Notes: generated by a model from the sequence alone, not told the origin. Numbered from the stretch's first letter, positions 27,435 to 36,512 are shown. The stretch: DNA of 64,000 bases from an uncultured bacterium (GCA_963847225.1 CAWJYZ010000003.1:153512-217511), one strand, 5' to 3'. Program-made: numbers and translations.

Positions 27435-27911
27435 ATGCCGGCAAGACGACGACCCGAGGACCCGGTCCTCGCGCGCCACCGCCAGGCGAGCCACGAATAT
27501 CACCTGCTCGAGACGTTCGAAGCCGGCGTGGAGCTGGCCGGGACGGAGGTCAAGGCGCTCCGAGCCGGGCTCGCCCAGCTTCGCGAGGGTTACATCCGCA
27601 TCGAGAACGGGGAGGCCTGGCTGGTCGGGGTTCACATCGGCCAATACGCGGCGGGTAACCGCCAGAACCACGATCCCATCCGCCGCCGCCGGCTCCTGCT
27701 CCACGGGCGCGAGATCCGCTACCTCGATCAGCGAGCCCGTCTTGGGGGCTTCACCCTGATTCCGATCCGCCTCTATCTCAAGAACAATCACATCAAGTGC
27801 GAGATCGCCGTGGCGCGCGGCAAGAAGCTGTGGGACAAGCGGGAGGCGATCGCCGCCCGCGACGCTCAGCGCGCCATCGAGAGAGCCACCAGTCGGGCAC
27901 TTCGCGGCTGA
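27435..27911 (+). CDS. smpB: SsrA-binding protein
   Basis: 158 aa with canonical SmpB features (EAGVELAGTEVKALR...GYIRIENGEAWLVGVHI) and the basic C-terminal tail. Confidence 0.9.
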   Translation: MPARRRPEDPVLARHRQASHEYHLLETFEAGVELAGTEVKALRAGLAQLREGYIRIENGEAWLVGVHIGQYAAGNRQNHDPIRRRRLLLHGREIRYLDQRARLGGFTLIPIRLYLKNNHIKCEIAVARGKKLWDKREAIAARDAQRAIERATSRALRG

Positions 27912-27926
27912 TCGAGCCACGAACCG

Positions 27927-29153
27927 TCAGCTGGCCGCCAGGTCCCTCGCAGCGTCGGGGAGCGTCCGCTCCTCAGTGGAGCGGTTGTCGCGGTTGGCCC
28001 GGGTCTCCGGCACCACCCGCGCCGCCAGCTCGTCGATGGCGGCGCGCAGCTCGCGCAATCCCGTGCCGCGGGTCGCCGAGATGCGCAGGGCGCGGCAGCC
28101 GGCGATCTCCTCGAGGCCATCGACGACCGTGTCGAGGTGGGCGGCGTCGCGGCGGTCGCACTTGTTGGCGACGAGGAGTGTCGGCTGATCGCACCCCATC
28201 TGCGCCAGGGTGGTCAGAACGGTCCTGAGCTGGCCGGCGCACTCCGGATGGGAGACGTCGACGATGAGGGCGAGGAGATGTGCGCCCCTCACCTCCTCCA
28301 GGGTGGCGTTGAAGGCTTCGACGAGCTCGGTGGGAAGCGCCTGGATGAAGCCGACGGTGTCGGTGAGGATCAATCGCCGCCCAGAGGCCAGGCTCAGCAG
28401 CCGCGAGGTCGGGTCGAGAGTGGCGAAGAGGAGGTCGTCGGCGAGGACCTCGGAGTTGGTCAGGCGGTTGAGGAGGGTTGACTTGCCGGCGTTGGTGTAG
28501 CCGACGAGGGCGCAGGACGCGAGGGGGACGTCGCTCCGCGCCTGGCGGCGCGTCCGGCGCTGGCGCTCGAGGACCTGCAGCCGCTGGCGAAGCCGGGCGA
28601 TGCGCTGCCGGATGAGCCGGCGGTCGACCTCGATCTGGGTCTCCCCGGGGCCTCCACGCAGGCCCACGCCGCCACGCTGCCGCTCCAGGTGGCTCCAGCC
28701 GCCGGCGAGACGGGGCAGGAGATGTTCCAATTGGGCCATCTCCACCTGAATCTTCCCCTCCGCGGTCACCGCCCGGCGGGCAAAGATGGCGAGGATGACC
28801 TCGGTCCGGTCCAGGACCGGGACACCCCAGCGCTCCTCGAGATTGCGCTGCTGGCGGGGACTGAGGGGATCGTTGACCAGCACCGCCGGGCTCCCCAGCT
28901 CGGCGAGGCGGGCTGCGAGGGCGTCCACCGCCCCGCCGCGGAAGAAGGTCGCGGGATGCGGCTCGCGGACGGCCACCGCGCTGTGCTCGACGACGGTCGT
29001 CCCCAGCGTGCGGGCCAGCTCCTCCAGCTCGTCAAGCTGCACGTCGACGCGCTCGCGCCCTTCGCGCCCCTGGTAGGAGCCGAAGACGGCGACGTCGCGA
29101 AGAAGCTGGCCGATCCCGGGGTCGGCCCCGGTTCGGGGCGAGGTGCGTGCCAT
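27927..29153 (-). CDS. hflX: GTPase HflX
   Basis: An HflX N-domain is followed by G-motifs GYTNAGKSTLLN, DTVGF and NKCD. The start is taken at the internal Met, because the ORF-track N-terminal extension to 29861 is antisense to the phosphatase gene and non-homologous. Confidence 0.85.
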   Translation of the reverse strand: MARTSPRTGADPGIGQLLRDVAVFGSYQGREGRERVDVQLDELEELARTLGTTVVEHSAVAVREPHPATFFRGGAVDALAARLAELGSPAVLVNDPLSPRQQRNLEERWGVPVLDRTEVILAIFARRAVTAEGKIQVEMAQLEHLLPRLAGGWSHLERQRGGVGLRGGPGETQIEVDRRLIRQRIARLRQRLQVLERQRRTRRQARSDVPLASCALVGYTNAGKSTLLNRLTNSEVLADDLLFATLDPTSRLLSLASGRRLILTDTVGFIQALPTELVEAFNATLEEVRGAHLLALIVDVSHPECAGQLRTVLTTLAQMGCDQPTLLVANKCDRRDAAHLDTVVDGLEEIAGCRALRISATRGTGLRELRAAIDELAARVVPETRANRDNRSTEERTLPDAARDLAAS

Positions 29154-29210
29154 CCACCGCCAGGGTACCGTGGGCGCGGACCCGGAAACGCCCCTGGTAC
29201 GGTTGGATGC

Positions 29211-30053
29211 ATGGCGATGCCGGAGGACCTCGTCCTGGTCCGTCACGGCGAGTCCGAGGGTAACCTCGCCGACCGGATGTCTCAGGAAGGCGACGACAGC
29301 GCCTTCACGCCCCAGTTCCGGGCCCGCCACTCCTCGAAGTACCGCCTCACCGAGCTGGGGCGCGAGCAGGCCCGCATCGCCGGCGAATGGCTCCGCGACC
29401 ACATCGGACCTCGCTTCGACCGCTACCTCACCTCCGAGTACGTGCGGGCCATGGAGACGGCCGCGCTCCTCGGTCTCCCCGGCGCCCTCTGGCAGGCCGA
29501 GTTCTACCTGCGCGAGCGCGACGCGGGAAGCCTCGACTCCCTGGCCACCGACGAGAAGTTCCGGCGCTTCCCAGAGGCCATGCAGGAGCGCGACCGCGAC
29601 GCCTTCTACTGGAGACCGCCGGGCGGCGAATCCCTCGCCGAAGTGTCGCTGCGCGTTGACCGGGTGCTCGACACCTTGCGCCGCGGCCCCACCGCGGAGC
29701 GAGCCATCATCGTCTGCCACGGTGAGGTGATGCGCGCCTTCCGGGTGCGCATCGAGCGCCTCCCCCAGCATCGCTACATCGAGCTGCACGCGCCGCTGGA
29801 CAGCCGCGACCAGTTCCACAACTGCCAGATCCTCCACTACACGCGTCGCGATCCCGCGCACCCCGAGCGGATCTCCGACTACCTCGCTTGGATGCGTTCG
29901 GTCTGTCCTTGGGATCCGAGCCTCTCCCGGAATGTCTGGACGCCGGTGACGCGGCCCCGCTACACCAACAGCGAGCTGCTTGACCTCGCCGAGCGGACGC
30001 CCCGGCTTCTCGCCGGCCCCCCGTTGGCGGAGGTGGAGTCGGCGATCCCCTGA
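29211..30053 (+). CDS. histidine phosphatase family (phosphoglycerate mutase-like) protein
   Basis: It starts MAMPEDLVLVRHGESEGN, carrying the RHG catalytic motif. Length is 281 aa. Confidence 0.7.
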   Translation: MAMPEDLVLVRHGESEGNLADRMSQEGDDSAFTPQFRARHSSKYRLTELGREQARIAGEWLRDHIGPRFDRYLTSEYVRAMETAALLGLPGALWQAEFYLRERDAGSLDSLATDEKFRRFPEAMQERDRDAFYWRPPGGESLAEVSLRVDRVLDTLRRGPTAERAIIVCHGEVMRAFRVRIERLPQHRYIELHAPLDSRDQFHNCQILHYTRRDPAHPERISDYLAWMRSVCPWDPSLSRNVWTPVTRPRYTNSELLDLAERTPRLLAGPPLAEVESAIP

Positions 30054-30083
30054 GCGCCCAGGCGGGAGGCGGATCGGTCCGGC

Positions 30084-30470
30084 TCAGGCGGGGGGCAGCT
30101 CGGGGTCGGGCGCCGCCAGGATGGCGTCGACCAGCCCGGGGAAGCGAAGGTCGAGGCCCTCGCGATCAAGACTGGTCATGCGCCGGGTGCCCTCCTCTCG
30201 CTGCGTGACGATGCCCGCGGCGCGGAGCACGTGCAGGTGGTGGCTCATCGTCGACTTGCTGATGGGGAGCCTGAGAGCGCCGCAGGGGCATTCGTCGCCA
30301 GAGGCGAGGCGCCGGACGATGGCGAGGCGCATGGGATCGGCCAGGGCCTGAAGCACCCCGACGACGCCGGGATGGAGGGGCGGAGAGGCTGCCCCAGCGT
30401 TCCCCTCCCCGGCTGCGACCGGAAGCGGGTCCGTCTGGAGGCCAGGTCCGCCTAGAAGTTTGACATCCAT
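30084..30470 (-). CDS. ArsR/SmtB-family transcriptional regulator
   Basis: The winged HTH (LQALADPMRLAIVRRLASGDECPCGALRLPISKSTMSHHLHVLRAAGIV) contains a Cys pair in the metal-sensing position. The start is taken at MDVKLL (128 aa). It is divergent from the MFS transporter. Confidence 0.75.
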   Translation of the reverse strand: MDVKLLGGPGLQTDPLPVAAGEGNAGAASPPLHPGVVGVLQALADPMRLAIVRRLASGDECPCGALRLPISKSTMSHHLHVLRAAGIVTQREEGTRRMTSLDREGLDLRFPGLVDAILAAPDPELPPA

Positions 30471-30503
30471 CGAACTATATCGTACGATCCGCATCGAACT
30501 ATA
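30468..30503. promoter_or_regulatory. putative ArsR operator: two 12-bp direct repeats CATCGAACTATA flanking the 10-bp palindrome ATCGTACGAT in the arsR/MFS divergent intergenic region
   Basis: Read directly from the sequence. This is the AT-richest 36 bp of the locus. Direct repeat 1 overlaps the arsR start codon, and a GGGAGAG ribosome-binding site for the MFS gene follows. Confidence 0.5.
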
Positions 30504-30529
30504 GCAGGACGCGGTAGGGAGAGAGCCAG

Positions 30530-32059
30530 ATGGGGCAGGCGAGCTTCGGGGGGCGACGGCTTCGGACCGGTGGCAAGGGTGCGGGGGAGAGGACGGCACG
30601 CGGCGGGAGCTGGCCCCGGCTTCTGGCCCCCCAGTGGGTCGTCCTCCTCCTCGTCTGTCTCGGCCAGTTCCTGGTCATCCTTGACCTCTCGGTGGTGAAC
30701 GTGGCCCTGCCCTCGATTCGCAGAGACCTCGGTTTCACCGCCGACGGCCTGCAGTGGGTGGTCAACGCCTACGCGCTCACCTTCGCCGGCTTCCTCCTCC
30801 TCGCCGGCCGGGGAGCGGACCGCTTCGGGCGGCGCCGCCTCCTCCTCGCGGGGCTCGCCCTCTTCTCCCTGGCGAGCCTCCTCGACGGCCTGGCGTCGAC
30901 CCAGTGGGAGCTGGTGGCCGCGCGGGCCCTGCAGGGCTTTGGTGGGGCCATCCTCACCCCGGCCACGCTCACCATCCTGATCGCCACCTACCCCGAGGGG
31001 CGGGCGCGAGCTCGGGCTCTCGGGATCTGGAGTGGGGTGGCCGCGGCGGGCGGCGCCGCCGGGGCGCTCCTCGGCGGAGTCATCACCCAGTACCTGAGCT
31101 GGCGCTGGATCTTCTTCATCAACCTGCCGATCGGCATCGTGGTGCTGGTGCTCGCCAGCCTGGTGATCGCCGAGACCTTCGGCGACCTGCGCGGCCGCCA
31201 CCTGGACCTGGGCGGGGCGATCAGCGTCACCGGGGGCCTCTCCGCGCTGGCCTGGGGTATCGCCCGCAGTCAGGCGGCCGGATGGGAGGCCCCCGACGTC
31301 CTGGGCGCCTTCGCCGCCGGGCTCGCCCTTCTCGCCCTCTTCGTCTTCATCGAGGCGCGCCTGGCCCGGGTGCCGCTCGTCCCTCTGCGGCTGTTCCGGT
31401 CCCGTTCGGTCACCGGGGCGAACCTCGTGTCCTTTGGGCTCGGCGCGGCGCTCTTCGCCATCTGGTACTTCCTCTCCCTGTACCTGCAGCAGGTGCGCGG
31501 CTTGACGCCGCTGGCGGCAGGGCTGACGTTCCTGCCCCAGACGCTGGCCATCGCCGTCGGCTCCCAGGTCAGCTCCCGGCTCATCCCGAGGCTGGGGGCG
31601 CGGCCCTTCCTGGTGGGCGGTCCGCTGCTCGGCGTGGCCGGCCTGCTCTGGCTGGCCCAACTCTCCGTGTCCCCGGCGATCTGGTCGGCGGTGCTGATCC
31701 CGGGGGCTCTCCTCACCTTCGGTGCTGGGCTCACCTTCCCGGCCGTCACCATCGCCGCCACGTCGGGCGTGCCTCGCGGAGAGGCTGGCCTGGCCAGCGG
31801 CGTCGTCAACACCAGCCGGCAGGTGGGCGGTTCGCTGGGATTGGCGGTGCTGGCCACTCTCGCCGCCGACCACAGCGCCGCCCTCGCCGCGGCCGGCAGC
31901 GCCGCCCCGGTCGCCCTCACCGGGGGCTACACCCTGGGGCTCGTCGTCGCGGCGGGCGTCGCTCTGGCCACCGCGCTGGCCGGGCTCGTGGTGCCGGGGA
32001 TCGGTCGGCCCGCCCGGCAGGAGAGGCCGATCGGTGAGGTGCAGGAGGCGGCCGCCTGA
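30530..32059 (+). CDS. MFS transporter, DHA2 (EmrB/QacA) 14-TM family
   Basis: 509 aa with about 14 predicted hydrophobic segments and the MFS signature GRGADRFGRRR. It is likely regulated by the adjacent ArsR. Confidence 0.85.
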   Translation: MGQASFGGRRLRTGGKGAGERTARGGSWPRLLAPQWVVLLLVCLGQFLVILDLSVVNVALPSIRRDLGFTADGLQWVVNAYALTFAGFLLLAGRGADRFGRRRLLLAGLALFSLASLLDGLASTQWELVAARALQGFGGAILTPATLTILIATYPEGRARARALGIWSGVAAAGGAAGALLGGVITQYLSWRWIFFINLPIGIVVLVLASLVIAETFGDLRGRHLDLGGAISVTGGLSALAWGIARSQAAGWEAPDVLGAFAAGLALLALFVFIEARLARVPLVPLRLFRSRSVTGANLVSFGLGAALFAIWYFLSLYLQQVRGLTPLAAGLTFLPQTLAIAVGSQVSSRLIPRLGARPFLVGGPLLGVAGLLWLAQLSVSPAIWSAVLIPGALLTFGAGLTFPAVTIAATSGVPRGEAGLASGVVNTSRQVGGSLGLAVLATLAADHSAALAAAGSAAPVALTGGYTLGLVVAAGVALATALAGLVVPGIGRPARQERPIGEVQEAAA

Positions 32060-32369
32060 CGCTCAGGGAGCCAGGTGGGCGGGAACCGGAGCGACGGGAG
32101 GCGGGTGGTCAGAGGCCGCGGCCTTCAGACGTCGACCGGCGCGAAGCGGGCGGCGAAGCGGCGCAGTGCCGCGGGCTCTTCCACGCTCGCGTCGCCGCCG
32201 AGGCGGTCACGCCCTGCCCCGAGATGTACCACCCGCTCGTGCACGTCCGGAAGCGGTCGCCGGCGCGCTACGAGCGCTGGCTCGCCGACGCCGTCGTGAG
32301 CGGGCTCCTGCCGCCGAGCTAGTCAGCCGAGCCGGCCGGCTCACGCCGCCCAGTCGAATCTGTGCGCCG

Positions 32370-32746
32370 TGGTGGAGCCGAGGGGAATCGAACCCCTGTC
32401 CGAAACCGCGTTCCGCGTGACCTCTACGAGCGTAGTCCCGGTTTTGCTCTCACTCTCGGCGCGCCCTGGGACCAGGCTCGCCGGGAGCCAGCCGCGGTGA
32501 GCGTCCCGGCCGGCGCCGCGGCGCCACCGGCCGGCGAGACCGCTGGTATTTACGTCGGCTCAGGCCCCCGCGGTCGAGGGACCCGACGACGTCAGGCCGT
32601 GGCCTGAGCTTTTTCTCGTTCTACCGCTTACGCGGCGAGGGCGAGAGCAGGTGCGTCGTTCGCACGTATTGTTTTCCCGGTTTTACGAGCCCGGGGCTCG
32701 GCCCGCCATCACACGACCCACGATCCCGTCGAATCCATACGGCCCC
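32370..32746 (-). ncRNA. ssrA: transfer-messenger RNA (tmRNA, ssrA); encoded tag (A)NDAPALALAA
   Basis: The minus-strand 5' end GGGGCCGUAUGGAUUCGACGGG matches the tmRNA 5' consensus. The 3' end ...GGACAGGGGUUCGAUUCCCCUCGGCUCCACCA has a T-arm plus an acceptor stem pairing with GGGGCCG, and CCA is encoded. The internal ORF GCG AAC GAC GCA CCU GCU CUC GCC CUC GCC GCG UAA translates to a tag ending in ALAA. smpB lies 4.5 kb upstream. Confidence 0.85.
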
Positions 32747-32808
32747 GTGAGCACGGCAGCCCGATGGCTGCTGCCGACAGGGAGATGATAGCCGTCCGCC
32801 GGGGTCGG

Positions 32809-33432
32809 TCAAACTGCCGGCTGGCCAGCAGCCCGCCGCGCCGCCTCCTCCAGGCGCTGGCGATATGCCTCCCACCAGCCGGCGTCCACGGGTGGGAGGT
32901 TTTCGCTGCCGGCCTTCCAGCCGACGGCGCCATCGATCATCTCTCGGACGATGTCGGCCTGACCGGCGTGCCGGTTCGTCTCAGCGATCACGTGCACCAG
33001 GATCCGGTTCAGGGTCACCCCCTTGCCGGGCTTCCACCAGGTCACGTCGCCGATGGCCTCGAGGGGAAGCGCCTCGATGGTGGCGTCGGAGTGCGCCCAG
33101 ACCCGCCGGTAGAGATCGAGGATCTCCTCCCGGAACTCGTCGGCGGTCGCCCACATGTCGGCGTTGGGCTCTGCCCCGGCCGCGTACCAGGGGAACCGCT
33201 CCATGTAGGGGACGCCGTCGAATGGCCGGCCGAAGGTCTCGCCGAGGTAGCCGGCCTCGACGCTCGCCACGTGCTTCACGAGGCCGAGCAGGTTGGTGCC
33301 CGTGGGCACCATGGGCCGGCGCACGTCGTACTCGGAGAGGCCGTCGAGCTTCCACAGGAGGGTCTCGCGCGCCTCCCGCAGGTAGCGGTGCAGATCCTCC
33401 TTGGCGCCCGTCGCCGTCATGGAACGCACCAT
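32809..33432 (-). CDS. DinB/DUF664-family protein (four-helix-bundle metalloenzyme-like)
   Basis: 207 aa with the conserved DUF664 pattern (LHRYLREARETLLWKLDGLSEYDVRRPMVPTGTNLLGLVKHVASVEAGY...ILVHVIAETNRHAGQADIVREMIDG). Confidence 0.65.
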   Translation of the reverse strand: MVRSMTATGAKEDLHRYLREARETLLWKLDGLSEYDVRRPMVPTGTNLLGLVKHVASVEAGYLGETFGRPFDGVPYMERFPWYAAGAEPNADMWATADEFREEILDLYRRVWAHSDATIEALPLEAIGDVTWWKPGKGVTLNRILVHVIAETNRHAGQADIVREMIDGAVGWKAGSENLPPVDAGWWEAYRQRLEEAARRAAGQPAV

Positions 33433-33459
33433 ACCGCTAGCTCCGCGGCTTCCGGGATC

Positions 33460-34407
33460 TCAGCTCGCACCGGCGCTCCCGAGCGCGGCGAGACGGGCCT
33501 CGGTGATGCGGATCGCCTCCGGGTTGGTGTCGACGCTGAGGTGGCGCCGGCCCAGCGCCTTGGCCGCCACCGCCGCCGTTCCCGAACCGCCGAAGAAGTC
33601 GGCGACGAGATCGCCGGGGCGGCTGGAGGCGAGGACGATGCGCTGCAGAAGGCGGAGCGGCTTCTGCGTCGGGTAGCCGGTGCGCTCCCGGCCGCTGGTG
33701 GGCACGATGGTCATCCACCAGACGTCGGTGGGAAGCTTCCCCCGCGCCGCCTTCTCGGGGGTCACCAACCCGGGGGCGAGATAGGGGAGGCGGTCGACCG
33801 CCTCGCGATTGAAGATCCATCTCTCCCCTCTCGCGTACCAGAGGATGTTGTCGTGCTTGCGGGGCCAGCGGTCCCGCCCCCGGCCGCCGTAGTCGTAGGC
33901 CCAGATGATCTCGTTGAGGAAGCGCTCGGAGCCGAAGACCTCGTCGAGAAGGAGGCGGACGTGGTGCACGGCATGATGGTCGAGGTGCACATAGATCGAG
34001 CCATGCTCGGCCAGAACGCGGCGCATGGCGACGAACCGCGGGGCCAGGAAGGCGAGGTAGGCGTCGAGGTCCAGGTCGTCGCGGTACTCGTGAGTGGAGA
34101 CGGTCTCCCAGCGGTAGGTCCGCCCGCCGAAGCCCACCCGGGTGCGCTCCCCGGCACCGGTGCGGATGGAGGCGAGCCGCTGCCGCTGCCTCGTGCCGAA
34201 GGGCGGGTCGACGTAGATGAGGTCGACGCAGCCATCCGACAGCGCCTCCAGCACCTCGAGGTTGTCGGCGAGGAAGACGCCCTCGGGGGCCTGTCCCTCT
34301 TGCGGGGCTCCTCCACAGGGTGCGGGCTCCCCCACAACAACCCTGGGATCGTCACCGATCGACACAACCTCGGGATCATCGCCAATCGGCGTTGGTTGAC
34401 GGTTCAA
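33460..34407 (-). CDS. site-specific DNA methyltransferase (beta-class N6-adenine/N4-cytosine, DPPF motif), no adjacent restriction enzyme
   Basis: Motif IV VDLIYVDPPF is near the N-terminus, and motif I DFFGGSGTAAVAAKALGRRHLSVD is near the C-terminus, which is the beta-class order. The N-terminal roughly 40 aa contain a tandem peptide repeat (IGDDPEVVSIGDDPRVVVG). Confidence 0.8.
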   Translation of the reverse strand: MNRQPTPIGDDPEVVSIGDDPRVVVGEPAPCGGAPQEGQAPEGVFLADNLEVLEALSDGCVDLIYVDPPFGTRQRQRLASIRTGAGERTRVGFGGRTYRWETVSTHEYRDDLDLDAYLAFLAPRFVAMRRVLAEHGSIYVHLDHHAVHHVRLLLDEVFGSERFLNEIIWAYDYGGRGRDRWPRKHDNILWYARGERWIFNREAVDRLPYLAPGLVTPEKAARGKLPTDVWWMTIVPTSGRERTGYPTQKPLRLLQRIVLASSRPGDLVADFFGGSGTAAVAAKALGRRHLSVDTNPEAIRITEARLAALGSAGAS

Positions 34408-34457
34408 CTACATGGGTATACGCTTGGGGTCCAGATCCGCCCGCCCCGGAGAGCCCC

Positions 34458-35426
34458 ATGCCTGCTGTCACGACCCCCGACATCCTCACCCTGCCACGCG
34501 TCCCTGAACCGGACCACTCCACGCAGCGCCCCCGCCCCGTCCTCTCCGTCACCTCCGCCCCCAGCGGGCTGGAGGGGGAGGGCTTCCCGGTGCGGCGGGC
34601 CTTCGCCGGCGTTGACCTCACCGCCCTCGATCCCTTCGTGCACATGGACCAGATGGGAGAGGTCCAGTACGCGCCGGGCGAGCCGAAGGGCACGCCCTGG
34701 CACCCGCACCGTGGCTTCGAGACGGTGACGTACATGATCGACGGCACCTTCCGACACCGGGACTCGACGGGTGGGGGAGGGCTGATCACCAACGGCGCCA
34801 CCCAGTGGATGACGGCGGGAGCGGGCATCCTTCATATCGAGCAGCCCCCGGAGGAGCTGGTGGCGAGCGGAGGGCTCTTCCACGGCATCCAGCTGTGGGT
34901 CAACCTGCCCGCCGCCAAGAAGTGGGTGCCGGCGCGCTACCAGGACATTGGCGCCCAGCGGGTGACCCTCCTCGCCTCCCGCGATGGCGCGACGCTGGTC
35001 CGGGTCATCGCCGGCGAGGTCGCCGGATACGACGGCCCGGGCATCACCCACACCCCGATCGCCCTGGTGCACGCCACCCTGGCCCCGGGAGCCGTGCTCG
35101 AGCTGCCCTGGAACCCCGGCTTCAACGCCCTCGCCTACGTCCTCGCCGGAGCGGGCACGGTGGGGGCTGACGGGGTGGCCCCGGCCCGGATGGGACAGCT
35201 CGCGGTGTTCGGGTCCGGCGATTTCATCACGGTGGCCGCGGCGGAGCGCCAGGAGAGCCGTTCCCCGGAGCTCGACGTCCTGCTCCTCGGCGGCGAGCCG
35301 ATCAAGGAGCCGGTGGCGCACTATGGCCCCTTCGTCATGAACAGCCGCGACGAGCTCCTCCAAGCCTTCGAGGACTATCGTGCCGGGCGCTTGGGGACCA
35401 TACCGGCCGACGCCATCACGGTCTGA
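34458..35426 (+). CDS. pirin-family (bicupin) protein
   Basis: The ATG at 34458 has a GGAGAG ribosome-binding site. The cupin metal-binding motif HPHRGFETVTYMIDG is present. Length is 322 aa. Confidence 0.85.
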   Translation: MPAVTTPDILTLPRVPEPDHSTQRPRPVLSVTSAPSGLEGEGFPVRRAFAGVDLTALDPFVHMDQMGEVQYAPGEPKGTPWHPHRGFETVTYMIDGTFRHRDSTGGGGLITNGATQWMTAGAGILHIEQPPEELVASGGLFHGIQLWVNLPAAKKWVPARYQDIGAQRVTLLASRDGATLVRVIAGEVAGYDGPGITHTPIALVHATLAPGAVLELPWNPGFNALAYVLAGAGTVGADGVAPARMGQLAVFGSGDFITVAAAERQESRSPELDVLLLGGEPIKEPVAHYGPFVMNSRDELLQAFEDYRAGRLGTIPADAITV

Positions 35427-35859
35427 GCCGAGGGCGGCTGGCGGCCTCCAGGAAGCGGGAGACCGCTCCGCCCACCTCCCGCTCCGCCCTCTCGAGGTCC
35501 TTGAGGGCGGTGGCTCGCTGCGCCGCCTTCCAGCCGTCCCAGGCGATGGGGATGAGCTCGAGCTGGGCGAGCACCGTCTGCATCGCCGCGCGCACGTCGT
35601 GGCGGGCGTTGCCGAGCTCGTCCGGAGCACCACCCGGCGGCCGGAGCGAGGCCGGATGCGTCTCAAATCGGCGCAGCGACGCCAAAGCGCGCGCACCGGT
35701 CGTGGAGAGACGGTCCGCGTCCTCCCGGGGGCCGGGGGCGGGTCCGTCGACCGCCGCCCGGGCGCTGACCACCGCCCGCTCCAGCTCGACCGTATCCGAC
35801 ACGGGCCGATTGTGCCAGTCCTTCACGCCCGAACCGGGGCGGCGCGGGTGGTGGGACAC
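35416..35859 (-). CDS. hypothetical protein
   Basis: 147-aa ORF with strong GC3 bias and a predicted helical fold. It is convergent with the pirin gene. Confidence 0.45.
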   Translation of the reverse strand: MSHHPRRPGSGVKDWHNRPVSDTVELERAVVSARAAVDGPAPGPREDADRLSTTGARALASLRRFETHPASLRPPGGAPDELGNARHDVRAAMQTVLAQLELIPIAWDGWKAAQRATALKDLERAEREVGGAVSRFLEAASRPRLRP

Positions 35860-35912
35860 AAGCCGGTTCTCATCTTGTCCGCGAGCCCCGGCGAAGGCCT
35901 ACGCTACGGAGG

Positions 35913-36512
35913 ATGCCTCTCTTTCGCGCGCGCCCGGAGCTGCCCGCATCGATCCGGACGCGCCCCGGCCGACTCCGCCGCTGGCTCATCCCCGGGTTGG
36001 GCGCCATCACCCCGGTGGGGCTGATCGTCGTCAACATCGCCGTCTTCATCGTCAAGAATCTCGCCGCCTTCCGCTGGACCATCACCATCCTTGCCTTTGT
36101 CAGCGGGATGATGCTGAACGGCTGGATCGGCCTCAAGATCTACCGGCTCCTCCAGCAGCGCTGGCGCAACAGCTTCCTGGTCTCCGAGATGAACCAGGAC
36201 ATCGTTCTGATCGGGGGCATGGCGGTGATCATCGCGGCATCCTTCATCACCGCGCTCTTCTGCTACCTCGGCCTCGCCAGCGAGAAGAACCTGCCCAACC
36301 CGGAGACCTTCCTCACGGGGCTTTTCGCCATCGCCGTGCCGTTTGCCCTCCAGTTCATCTTCCAGGGCCTCCTCGGCAGGCGGCGGCAGGGCGGTCCGTC
36401 GAGCGGGGAGCCTGACGGACCGGTCCCCGCGGCCCGGGGGCCCCTCGCCAGCCGTCCCCTCCCGCCCCCGCCTCCACCGCCCTTCTCCCGGGCGCCAGAG
36501 CGACGACGCTGA
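35913..36512 (+). CDS. hypothetical membrane protein (about 4 TM) with Pro-rich C-terminus
   Basis: 199 aa with hydrophobic segments (AITPVGLIVVNIAVFIV, ITILAFVSGMMLNGWIGL, IVLIGGMAVIIAASFITALF, LTGLFAIAVPFALQFIF). Confidence 0.5.
   Translation: MPLFRARPELPASIRTRPGRLRRWLIPGLGAITPVGLIVVNIAVFIVKNLAAFRWTITILAFVSGMMLNGWIGLKIYRLLQQRWRNSFLVSEMNQDIVLIGGMAVIIAASFITALFCYLGLASEKNLPNPETFLTGLFAIAVPFALQFIFQGLLGRRRQGGPSSGEPDGPVPAARGPLASRPLPPPPPPPFSRAPERRR

Noticed and set aside
27927-29861. The 644-aa version of HflX with a 236-aa N-terminal extension
   Set aside because: The extension has no HflX-like sequence and is antisense to the well-formed histidine phosphatase gene start region. HflX homology begins at the internal Met (29153), which also has a GGTGG ribosome-binding site-like element.
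32060-32340. Open frame ending ...VTPCPEMYHPLVHVRKRSPARYERWLADAVVSGLLPPS* between the MFS gene and tmRNA 3' end, considered as a gene remnant or integration scar at ssrA
   Set aside because: It has no start codon and is absent from the ORF track. It shows no recognisable domain, and no direct repeat of the tmRNA 3' end was found that would mark an integrated element. The evidence is too weak.
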